DNA from: an uncultured Clostridia bacterium
GTDB taxonomy: Bacteria > Bacillota > Clostridia > Oscillospirales > Ruminococcaceae
Assembly: GCA_944386805.1 (NCBI GenBank)
Contig: CALXCO010000008.1
Coordinates: 2,649-66,648 of the forward strand
Length of the DNA: 64,000 bases
Reading direction: 5' to 3'
Numbering within the stretch: position 1 is the first letter of the stretch; each line of letters opens with the position of its first letter. Positions 18,974 to 26,932 of this stretch are shown here, one piece after another. The position numbers were made by a program, and so were the translations under genes. Below the pieces are notes generated by a model. The model did not search any database and had not been told where the DNA came from. It worked only from the letters and a program-made list of their open reading frames with translations.

Positions 18974-20362
18974 TCAGGCAACAACGTGCCCTTTTTTATG
19001 GATGACGTCGACAATCTCGTCAACGTATTTGCGGCAAACCTCTTCGCTCTCCGCTTCGACCATAATCCGGACAACAGGTTCTGTCCCCGACTCACGGACC
19101 AGTACCCGTCCGGTCTCGCCCAGCGCTTCCGATACACGGCTGACCGCTGCCTGCACATCCGGATCATCCTGTGCAGCTTTTTTGTCGGCTACCCGCACAT
19201 TTTCCAGCACCTGCGGATAAATCACCAGCGGCTGTGCCAGTTTGTGGAGCGACTGTTTTTTGGCGAGCATGACTTCCATCAGCTTGAGGCTGGTCAGAAT
19301 GCCGTCGCCGGTCGTCGCGTATTTGGAGAAGATGATGTGTCCGGACTGCTCACCGCCGACACGGCAGCCGTTTTTGAGCATATATTCGTAGACATATTTA
19401 TCGCCGACGGCTGTCTTGGCATAATCAATGCCCAGCTCGTCGAACGCTTTATACAGGCCAAAATTGGACATGACGGTCGTGACAACCGTATTGGTCAGCA
19501 GCCGTCCCTGTTCCTTCAGGTAACGTCCATAGATATACAGGATATGGTCGCCGGTCACGACTTCGCCTGTCTCGTCGACCGCCAGGCAGCGGTCGGCGTC
19601 GCCGTCATAGGCAAACCCTGCATCCAGACCCTTTTCCAAAACAAATTTCTGCAAAGCTTCGATGTGGGTGGAACCGACACCGGCATTGATATTCAGGCCG
19701 TTGGGTTCAGCGCCCATCACATAGGTCTGTGCGCCCAGCGCATCAAAGACCGATTTTGCGATATTCCAGGAACTTCCGTTGGCGCAGTCAAGGCCAATTT
19801 TCAGACCCTTGAAGGAATACAGTCCCAGCGAAATCAGGTAACCGATATAACGGTTGCGTCCGGAGACATAGTCGACCGTGCGGCCGATTGCGTCACGGGT
19901 GGCAAACGGGACTTCCTCCCACTTCTGCCCGAACAGCTCCAGCTTTCCGTCCAGATAGTCCTCGATCAGCGAAATGGTCTCTTCGTCCATCTTCTCGCCC
20001 TGACCGTTGAGCAGCTTGATACCGTTGTCGTAATAGGGGTTATGGCTGGCGGAAATCATGATGCCGCAGTCAAATTCGTCCACCCTTGCGACATAAGCGA
20101 CCGACGGAGTGGTAGTAACATGCAGCAGGTAGGCGTCGGCGCCCGAAGCAACCAGACCGCCAACCAGTGAATATTCAAACATATAGCTGGAACGGCGGGT
20201 GTCCTTGCCGATGACGATTCTGGCAGGTTCAGACAAACCTGCGCGCATTTTCAGTTCCCCGTAGTACCATCCCAGAAACCGGCCGACCTTATAGGCATGG
20301 TCAGCGGTCAAATTTACATTGGCTTCTCCCCGGAAGCCGTCTGTACCAAAATATCGTCCCAT
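18974..20362 (-). CDS. glmM: Phosphoglucosamine mutase
   Basis: 462 aa. FGTDGFRG start and phosphoserine loop SASHNPYYDNGIK. Confidence 0.97.
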   Translation of the reverse strand: MGRYFGTDGFRGEANVNLTADHAYKVGRFLGWYYGELKMRAGLSEPARIVIGKDTRRSSYMFEYSLVGGLVASGADAYLLHVTTTPSVAYVARVDEFDCGIMISASHNPYYDNGIKLLNGQGEKMDEETISLIEDYLDGKLELFGQKWEEVPFATRDAIGRTVDYVSGRNRYIGYLISLGLYSFKGLKIGLDCANGSSWNIAKSVFDALGAQTYVMGAEPNGLNINAGVGSTHIEALQKFVLEKGLDAGFAYDGDADRCLAVDETGEVVTGDHILYIYGRYLKEQGRLLTNTVVTTVMSNFGLYKAFDELGIDYAKTAVGDKYVYEYMLKNGCRVGGEQSGHIIFSKYATTGDGILTSLKLMEVMLAKKQSLHKLAQPLVIYPQVLENVRVADKKAAQDDPDVQAAVSRVSEALGETGRVLVRESGTEPVVRIMVEAESEEVCRKYVDEIVDVIHKKGHVVA

Positions 20363-20377
20363 ATTGACCCTCCCGAC

Positions 20378-21064
20378 TTATTCTTTTTCGACGATTACGC
20401 CGCCGGTTTTCAAAATACTGTTTGCCGGTACAACCCCGCGCACGCATGAAAGCGGATAAATATTGCTGTTTTTGCCGACAACCGTTCCCGGATTGAGAAC
20501 GCTGTTGCAGCCGACTTCGACGTGGTCACCCAGCATCGCGCCGAACTTTTTGCGGCCGGTGTCAATCTGCTCATCGGCAGACTTGACAACGACATGGGTT
20601 TTATCCGACTTGACGTTGCTGGTGATCGAACCGGCGCCCATATGGGATTTATAGCCGAGAATCGAGTCCCCGACATAGTTAAAATGTGGTACCTGTACGC
20701 TGTCAAAAATGATTACGTTTTTCAGTTCGGTCGAGTTGCCGATTACGCACCCCTCCCCGACCAGAACACTGCCGCGGATAAATGCGGACGGGCGAACCTC
20801 GGTGCCCTTTCCAATAATGCAAGGACCGGTAATCGAAGCGGTCGGTGCGATTTTGACGTCTTTGGCGATCCAGACATCCGGCTGGGGATGGTCGTATTCA
20901 TCGGCAGAGAGCGTCTCCCCAAGGCTCAGCACAAATGCGCGGATTCCGTCGAGTGCTTCCCAGGGATAAACCGTCTTTTCCAGCAGCGGTGCTGCCAGTG
21001 TGTGAGACAGATCAAAAAGCGAAGATGTAGTCGGTATCATCGCAAAATTCCTTTCCGGGTCCAT
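20378..21064 (-). CDS. Left-handed beta-helix (hexapeptide-repeat) acyltransferase, GlmU C-terminal-domain-like
   Basis: Hexapeptide repeats (IGKGTEVRPSAFIRGSVLVGEGCVIGNSTELKNVIIFD...). Start moved to ATG 21064 (MDPERN), 8 nt after GGGAGG. The track start at 21091 has no RBS and lies about 16 nt from the predicted TSS. Confidence 0.8.
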   Translation of the reverse strand: MDPERNFAMIPTTSSLFDLSHTLAAPLLEKTVYPWEALDGIRAFVLSLGETLSADEYDHPQPDVWIAKDVKIAPTASITGPCIIGKGTEVRPSAFIRGSVLVGEGCVIGNSTELKNVIIFDSVQVPHFNYVGDSILGYKSHMGAGSITSNVKSDKTHVVVKSADEQIDTGRKKFGAMLGDHVEVGCNSVLNPGTVVGKNSNIYPLSCVRGVVPANSILKTGGVIVEKE

Positions 21065-21113
21065 GCCGGATACCTCCCGGCAAAAGGCCATAACATTTCA
21101 TAATAATATGGAA

Positions 21114-21142
21114 ACTATACCACGACACGCCGCAATTGTCAA
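21114..21142 (-). promoter_or_regulatory. Sigma-A-type promoter of the LbH-glmM-glmS operon
   Basis: TTGACA-N17-TATAGT on the minus strand. Confidence 0.65.
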
Positions 21143-21270
21143 GAAATTGGCTGTAAACTTTGGCTTTATTCCGGATTTTCAGACCGTTCTTTCATTTGAT
21201 ATGTTTTTTATGCAGTTTCTATACCAGAAATCCGAAAGTTTTAAATTTCCGGCTGACGGTCATTCAGGCA

Positions 21271-21299
21271 TTGAAAAATGCTTAAAATATTGTTATAAT
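21271..21299 (+). promoter_or_regulatory. Sigma-A-type promoter of the AIM24 gene
   Basis: TTGAAA-N17-TATAAT, about 50 nt upstream of ATG 21349. Confidence 0.6.
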
Positions 21300-21348
21300 A
21301 TTCCCGTAGCCTTATGCAAACTGCTAATTCCTGAAAGGAGACTGCTTT

Positions 21349-22113
21349 ATGTTTCAGATCAAAAACTTTACCGACAACGACGATATCCGTATCATCAACC
21401 AGCTTGGACCTTTTCAGGTCATCGAATACCAGCGCGACCTCAGCGTCATGCCGGGCAATGCCCAGCAGGCTTATTACAGCAGTCTGATGAATGTCCGCAA
21501 ACGGCAGGTCCTCTGTGATCTGAGCGTATCCCCAGTCACCGTTCAGGCTGGCGCAATGCAGTGGATGGTCGGCAACGTCAACGCCACCACCGGCATCAAA
21601 GGCGTCGGCGACCTGTTCGGCAAGGCACTGCGCGGCAAGGTCACCGGTGAATCAGCAATCAAACCGGAATATGTGGGGGATGGGCTGCTGGTACTGGAGC
21701 CGACCTTCAAACATATTCTGCTGCTGAACCTCGATGAATGGAACGGGTCGGTTGTACTGGAAGACGGGCTGTTTCTCGCCTGTGACTCCCGGCTGAAACA
21801 CAAGGCAGTTATGCGCTCCAACCTTTCCTCCGCTGCCGCCGGCAACGAAGGCCTGTTTAACCTCGGCATATCCGGCAGCGGTGTACTCTGTCTGGAATCC
21901 CCCTGTCCAATGGAAGAACTGGTGGAAATTACCCTGCAAAATGATGTGGTCAAGATCGACGGCAGTATGGCCATCGCCTGGAGCGGAAGTCTGGACTTTA
22001 CCGTCGAACGCTCCGGCAAAACACTGATCGGTTCGGCAGCTTCGGGTGAAGGACTGGTCAACGTCTACCGCGGCACTGGAAAAGTCCTGATGGCGCCGGT
22101 CGGTACCAACTGA
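21349..22113 (+). CDS. AIM24 (DUF124) family protein
   Basis: 254 aa. QAGAMQWMVGNV...GESAIKPEYVGDG...VYRGTGKVLMAP pattern typical of AIM24/TRAP-like proteins. RBS AAAGGAG. Confidence 0.8.
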   Translation: MFQIKNFTDNDDIRIINQLGPFQVIEYQRDLSVMPGNAQQAYYSSLMNVRKRQVLCDLSVSPVTVQAGAMQWMVGNVNATTGIKGVGDLFGKALRGKVTGESAIKPEYVGDGLLVLEPTFKHILLLNLDEWNGSVVLEDGLFLACDSRLKHKAVMRSNLSSAAAGNEGLFNLGISGSGVLCLESPCPMEELVEITLQNDVVKIDGSMAIAWSGSLDFTVERSGKTLIGSAASGEGLVNVYRGTGKVLMAPVGTN

Positions 22114-22131
22114 TTCATACAACTAAAAATC

Positions 22132-22176
22132 ATGTCCCATTTGCTGTAAACCTGAGTTTTACAGCAGACGGGACAT
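22132..22176. terminator. Bidirectional terminator hairpin
   Basis: ATGTCCC.TTGCTGTAAA-loop-TTTACAGCAG.GGGACAT, with an A-run before and a T-run after. Confidence 0.7.
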
Positions 22177-22204
22177 TTTAATTTATGGGTGCCAAACAGC
22201 AGAA

Positions 22205-22702
22205 TCAGCCTTTTGCAATATCTTGATAAATCATCTCCACCGTATCCGCCTGCGTCATATCAGCGGAAATTACCTTTTCCGGTATCATCTTAAGCCAGTC
22301 CTTTTCTTTCCACCAGCGCTGCATTTCTTCCCTTCCAAATTTATCCCGACAGGGCTTGGTCTGATGACGGATAAGGGTCTCCTCAAAAGTCAGATCATAA
22401 TAATATGCAAATATCTCGCGGCCAAAAAGCTCTGACGCCAACTCAAATAACGGCCGGTAATATTCTGCATCCAATATTCCTTCCAAAATAACCGTTTCAC
22501 AGTGATGATATCCGTATTGCAGCATATCCATCAGTAAGGGCAATGCTTCTGTACCAAACCCATCCTTTACCCACAAAATCTCTCTTCGAATTACATCCTG
22601 CGACAATACCATGATGTTGCGTCCCAGTCTGTGCTGCAACGCCTTTGCCGTTGTCGTTTTACCGCTCCCGGAATTTCCCCGAATAATAACCAGCTTTGAC
22701 AT
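22205..22702 (-). CDS. P-loop kinase/ATPase (AAA_33 / zeta-toxin-like fold)
   Basis: 165 aa. Walker A GNSGSGKTT. G+C is visibly lower than the neighbours (by eye, not computed). Confidence 0.75.
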   Translation of the reverse strand: MSKLVIIRGNSGSGKTTTAKALQHRLGRNIMVLSQDVIRREILWVKDGFGTEALPLLMDMLQYGYHHCETVILEGILDAEYYRPLFELASELFGREIFAYYYDLTFEETLIRHQTKPCRDKFGREEMQRWWKEKDWLKMIPEKVISADMTQADTVEMIYQDIAKG

Positions 22703-22754
22703 AACGCATACCCCTACTTTTCTTTATCCATATAGACACTGCAATCCACAATAT

Positions 22755-22790
22755 CAAAAACGGACGGGTGAAAAATCACCTGTCCGTTTT
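22755..22790 (-). terminator. Terminator after gltX
   Basis: AAAACGGACAGGTG-loop-CACCCGTCCGTTTTTG on the minus strand. Confidence 0.8.
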
Positions 22791-22809
22791 ATCATACAGT
22801 TATCGTCGA

Positions 22810-24285
22810 TTAAGCCTGAGCAGCTTCAAGCTTTTCAATGCCTTTCTTGACGCGGGCAATCGTTTCATCCTTGCCCAGCAGTTCGGCGATCTCAACACCG
22901 CCGCCGGGAGTGAACTGTTTGCCGGAAACGGCAACGCGCAGCGGCCACAGAACAATGCCGTTCTTGACGCCCATCTCGCCGATCAGCGCAAAGATGCGGT
23001 CATGGATGACATCCAGTTTCCATTCAGAAGCGTCGATCGATTCGAGAACCGGCAGCAATGCCTTGAGAGAAGCAAGCGAGTTCTCAGGGTTGGTCTTCAT
23101 CTTCTTGTGGGTGTACATTGCGATATCGTAGTCCGGCAGCTTGTCAATAAAGTCAATCTGCTCCGGAATCTCGGTAAAGATCTCGGTACGGGGCTGGAGC
23201 ATCTCAGCCAGTACATTCATATCCAGATCGCGGCGGGTGGTTCCCTGTTCGATATAGGGTTTGGCCATCTCGATGAACTTTTCGGGAGTCAGGCGGCGGA
23301 TATATGCGCCGTTGATGGCTTTCAATTTGGCACCGTCGAAAATCGCCGGGCTGCGGGAAATGCCGGAAACGTCAAATTCCTGAATCAGTTCGTCCAGTGT
23401 GAAAATCTCATTTTCACCCTTGGGTGCCCATCCGAGCAGTGCAATATAGTTGATGACTGCTTCTTCCAGATATCCCTTTGCAACCAGATCTTCGAAAGAT
23501 GCGTCACCATTCCGTTTGGAAAGCTTGTGCTGTGCGTCCTTCATGACCGGCGGTACATGAATATAGGTCGGGATTTCCCAGCCGAATGCCTCGTACAGCA
23601 GGTTGTATTTGGGCGCAGAAGACAGGTATTCGTTGCCGCGGACAACATGGGTGATACCCATCGTATGGTCGTCGACGACGTTTGCAAAGTTATAGGTCGG
23701 CATACCGTCGGTCTTGATCAGAATCTGGTCGTCCAGCTCGGAGTTATTGACGGTGATGTCGCCGAATACCTCGTCATGGAAGGTCGTGGTGCCTTCCTTC
23801 GGGCATTTCTGGCGGATAACGTAGGGGACGCCGGCTGCCAGTTTCTCGGCAACCTCTTCCTTGCTCAGGTTGCGGCAGTGGCCGTCATATTTGGGGACCA
23901 TACCGGATGCGGTCTGAATCTTGCGCATCTCTTCCAGACGGTCCTTGTCGCAGAAGCAGTAATAAGCATGTCCCAGTTCAACCAGCTTTTCAGCATATGC
24001 TTTGAACATGCCCATCCGCTGGCTCTGAATATACGGACCAACCGGGCCGCCGATATCGGGACCTTCGTCCCAGATCAGGCCGGTCTTGCGCAGGGTGTTG
24101 TAGATGATATCGACCGCGCCTTCGACATAACGCTCCTGGTCGGTATCCTCGATACGCAGGATAAAGGTGCCGTGATTCTTTTTGGCGATCAGGTAGGTGT
24201 ACAGTGCGGTACGCAGGTTACCGATATGCATATAACCGGTCGGGCTGGGTGCGAACCGGGTTCTGACGGGTTTATTGTTTTCCAT
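22810..24285 (-). CDS. gltX: Glutamate--tRNA ligase
   Basis: Start moved to ATG 24285 ([23 protein letters not shown]) after GAGGAAAGGAAG. HIGH-type motif HIGN and KMSKS-type motif KLSKR. Confidence 0.95.
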   Translation of the reverse strand: MENNKPVRTRFAPSPTGYMHIGNLRTALYTYLIAKKNHGTFILRIEDTDQERYVEGAVDIIYNTLRKTGLIWDEGPDIGGPVGPYIQSQRMGMFKAYAEKLVELGHAYYCFCDKDRLEEMRKIQTASGMVPKYDGHCRNLSKEEVAEKLAAGVPYVIRQKCPKEGTTTFHDEVFGDITVNNSELDDQILIKTDGMPTYNFANVVDDHTMGITHVVRGNEYLSSAPKYNLLYEAFGWEIPTYIHVPPVMKDAQHKLSKRNGDASFEDLVAKGYLEEAVINYIALLGWAPKGENEIFTLDELIQEFDVSGISRSPAIFDGAKLKAINGAYIRRLTPEKFIEMAKPYIEQGTTRRDLDMNVLAEMLQPRTEIFTEIPEQIDFIDKLPDYDIAMYTHKKMKTNPENSLASLKALLPVLESIDASEWKLDVIHDRIFALIGEMGVKNGIVLWPLRVAVSGKQFTPGGGVEIAELLGKDETIARVKKGIEKLEAAQA

Positions 24286-24383
24286 CGTTGGAGTCTTCCT
24301 TTCCTCTAAACAAATTACCTCTGTCTGAGCTGCTGTTTTCCTGTGAGAAACACATACAGATATTAACAAAGTTCATCCAGTTT

Positions 24384-24412
24384 ATTTTACCCTGTTTATA
24401 CCGGAATGTCAA
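24384..24412 (-). promoter_or_regulatory. Sigma-A-type promoter of gltX
   Basis: TTGACA-N17-TAAAAT on the minus strand. Predicts a ~90-nt leader. Confidence 0.65.
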
Positions 24413-24431
24413 TACAAATCCGCGACAATCC

Positions 24432-24460
24432 TTGACGAATCCCGGCTGCCGGCGTACAAT
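24432..24460 (+). promoter_or_regulatory. Sigma-A-type promoter of the small Cys-containing protein gene
   Basis: TTGACG-N17-TACAAT, back to back with the gltX promoter. Confidence 0.6.
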
Positions 24461-24492
24461 AAAATAAACTGATTCTACCGGGAGGGTTTACC

Positions 24493-24723
24493 ATGTTCTT
24501 TCGCGGCAAAAAACACCCGCTGTCCTCAAAATTTGCCTACGACCCGTCCACGATGTCCCCTGCCATCCGTGCCAGCATCTGCACCGGTGAACAGACGGCC
24601 GGTTTTATCAGCCGGGAAAGCGGCAGTTTTACTGCCGTCATGCTGATTACCTCTCCCGAAGATCGAAAGCGGTTCTGCCGTGAATTCGGCGTCGCAGACG
24701 ATCAGATCAAAATCATCTACTGA
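24493..24723 (+). CDS. Small conserved hypothetical protein (IRASICTGEQ motif)
   Basis: 76 aa. RBS GGGAGGG with 7-nt spacing. Has its own promoter and terminator. I recall similar small proteins in Clostridia, but this is unverified. Confidence 0.7.
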   Translation: MFFRGKKHPLSSKFAYDPSTMSPAIRASICTGEQTAGFISRESGSFTAVMLITSPEDRKRFCREFGVADDQIKIIY

Positions 24724-24731
24724 CAGTTTTA

Positions 24732-24766
24732 AAGCCCGTTTCCAGCATTCCACTGCAAACGGGCTT
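24732..24766. terminator. Bidirectional terminator between convergent genes
   Basis: AAGCCCGTTT-loop-AAACGGGCTT, a 10-bp stem. Confidence 0.7.
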
Positions 24767-24777
24767 GTTGCATTCAT

Positions 24778-26124
24778 TCAGGCCGTGCGCCGGTCCCTGC
24801 TCCACATCCATGCAAAATAAACTACACAGATGACAATCGAAATCAACGAGGCAGCCGGGGCTGCAATGCCCATCGGGGTCAGACTTCCCGACGTCATCCG
24901 GCTCATCAGCCAGGTCACCGGGATTCTGACCGCAAAGGTCGCCACCATCGAATGGGCAAAACAGACAATCGACCGTCCCCTTGCGTTGAGATAGGCGTTC
25001 ATGCAGAAGACAAAGCTGACCAGGATACAGTCAATCGAATAGGTACGGACATATTCTGCGCCCGACTGGATAACGGCCGGATCGCTCGTAAAGATGCCGA
25101 CCAGCAGATCCGGAATCAGCTGACTGAGCAGGCAGATAATCGCACCGCAGATCAGCGAAAATACAATGCCCCATTTCATCGAACTGCGGGCGCGGTCGTC
25201 CCGACCGGCGCCGATATTCTGCGCCGCCATCGTCGCGACCGCCGAAGAAAACGCGCCCGGCACCAAAAATGCAAATCCCATCAGCTTTTCAACAACACCG
25301 ACCGCTGCCGATGCAATGACGCCCAGAGTATTGATAATCGCCGCGATTGCCAGAAACGAGACATTGACCAGCACGTCCTGCAATGCGAGCGGTACGCCGA
25401 CCTGCAAAATTGCGGTCAGTTCCGTTTTGTGCGGTGAAAAATCGTTCCGGAGCATCGGAACCTTAAACCCACCCCGGAGCATATGAACCAGTGCACAGAT
25501 AAACGACACGGCCTGTGCCACGACGGTTGCAACCGCTGCACCTGCCGCTCCTAATCCGAAATATCCGGTCAGCAGGAAATCCAGCACGATGTTGACTACG
25601 CAGGCAATTGAAATAAAGATGACCGGGGTCCTCGAATCCCCCAAACCACGGTAGATACTGCTGACCGCGTTGTAGCCGACGATAAACGGCAGACCTGCAC
25701 AACAGATAAAGACATACTGTCTTGCATACTCGACTGCTTCCGCTGGCGTCATCATCACGGCAACCATCCCGTTGGTCCCCAGCAGCATCACCGGCGTCAG
25801 TATCACCGCAATCATCACAAACAAAAACGTCAGGTTCCCGACTGCCCGCGCGACACCCGGCTGGTTATTTTCTCCGATTCTCCGGCCGATCAATACCGTT
25901 CCGCCCATCGCGATTCCCTGTACCAGCGCCGTCACCGTCATCATCAGCTGTGAGCCGATCGAAACCGCCGATACCGCCGCTGAATCCGCGTACTGTCCGA
26001 CGACAAACAGGTCAACTGCGCCGTAAACTGCCTGCAAAAAGCTCGCCGCCATAAACGGGAGTGCAAATCGCAAAAGTTCCGGTGCAATCCGACCGGTTGT
26101 CAGTCTGTTTTCTACTGCTGCCAT
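24778..26124 (-). CDS. MATE family efflux transporter
   Basis: Start moved to ATG 26124 (MAAVENRLTTGRIAPELLRFALPFMAASFLQ). The track's longer ORF would run through the mobA terminator. 12-TM MATE pattern. Confidence 0.85.
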   Translation of the reverse strand: MAAVENRLTTGRIAPELLRFALPFMAASFLQAVYGAVDLFVVGQYADSAAVSAVSIGSQLMMTVTALVQGIAMGGTVLIGRRIGENNQPGVARAVGNLTFLFVMIAVILTPVMLLGTNGMVAVMMTPAEAVEYARQYVFICCAGLPFIVGYNAVSSIYRGLGDSRTPVIFISIACVVNIVLDFLLTGYFGLGAAGAAVATVVAQAVSFICALVHMLRGGFKVPMLRNDFSPHKTELTAILQVGVPLALQDVLVNVSFLAIAAIINTLGVIASAAVGVVEKLMGFAFLVPGAFSSAVATMAAQNIGAGRDDRARSSMKWGIVFSLICGAIICLLSQLIPDLLVGIFTSDPAVIQSGAEYVRTYSIDCILVSFVFCMNAYLNARGRSIVCFAHSMVATFAVRIPVTWLMSRMTSGSLTPMGIAAPAASLISIVICVVYFAWMWSRDRRTA

Positions 26125-26167
26125 CAATTTTCCGTCCTTCCATCCGTTTATTCGCACCCAGCTATGT

Positions 26168-26221
26168 TCAAAAAAGCCGGATAAGACAACGGGACTCTCA
26201 CCCGCCATCTTATCCGGCTTT
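26168..26221 (-). terminator. Terminator after mobA
   Basis: AAAGCCGGATAAGA-loop-TCTTATCCGGCTTTTTT on the minus strand. Confidence 0.85.
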
Positions 26222-26266
26222 GCCATATCTTCAACTGTATGGATGCCTCCGATGAACAGCTTTATT

Positions 26267-26857
26267 TTAGCAAAATCCGACGCTGTTGTCAAGCTTTTCA
26301 AGCACTCTGAGCCGGGCAAGATCTTCCGGGGTATTGACATTGAAATGCACACCCTCAAATCCCGTCCCGACAAGTGAAATGACCTGAACCGGCACCCGTT
26401 CCATCAGTCCCATCAGCCGCCGTTCTCCGTCCCGGAGCATCTGGCCGATAAAGGGCAGGCAGTCCCGGTGATAGACTGCCCCAAGCGGCTGCATCCGTCC
26501 ATCGGCTGTCCGGCTGAGGGTCAGCCCATCCGCTGCCTGTTCAATCATAAAGCGGACAAACGCTTCGGTCATCAGCGGTGTATCACAGGCGGCGACAAAC
26601 AACCCGCTGCATTTGGTACAAGACAGCCCGGCGTAAATCCCGCCGAGCGGTCCACATCCGGCGTACTCCTCGTAGACCGGCACAAACTGGCTTTTCCCCT
26701 TTCCGGCATACAACCGTTCCGGCAAAAAGGCGAGCGTCTCTTCCATCCGCTGCAAAAAACTCTTCCCGTTAAACAACAGGCTCCCTTTGTCGATGCCGCC
26801 CAGCCTGCACGCATTGCCGCCGCCTAAAATCAGCCCGCCGCAGTCATTGATCTGCAT
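26267..26857 (-). CDS. mobA: Molybdenum cofactor guanylyltransferase
   Basis: LILGGGNACRLGGIDKGSL matches the MobA N-terminal motif. Start probably ATG 26857 (MQINDCGG), alternatively 26905. Confidence 0.8.
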   Translation of the reverse strand: MQINDCGGLILGGGNACRLGGIDKGSLLFNGKSFLQRMEETLAFLPERLYAGKGKSQFVPVYEEYAGCGPLGGIYAGLSCTKCSGLFVAACDTPLMTEAFVRFMIEQAADGLTLSRTADGRMQPLGAVYHRDCLPFIGQMLRDGERRLMGLMERVPVQVISLVGTGFEGVHFNVNTPEDLARLRVLEKLDNSVGFC

Positions 26858-26932
26858 CCGCTGCCCTCTCAATCTCCACCAGGTTGGAATGCTGGGTATT
26901 GCCATGCGAAAGCGGCGTCGGGTGACTGGAGG

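Noticed and set aside
24778-26373. N-terminally extended versions of several track ORFs: MATE 26373, gltX 24369, OFOR alpha 31493 and gamma 32393, ROK-like 34402, sigK 35252, mrpE 8554, thioesterase 56132, Fur 60615, cell-wall-binding protein 62518, nitroreductase 59016, LbH 21091, MATE 54647.
   Set aside because: The internal starts have proper RBS spacing and give family-typical N-termini. The extensions run through terminators, promoters or upstream genes.
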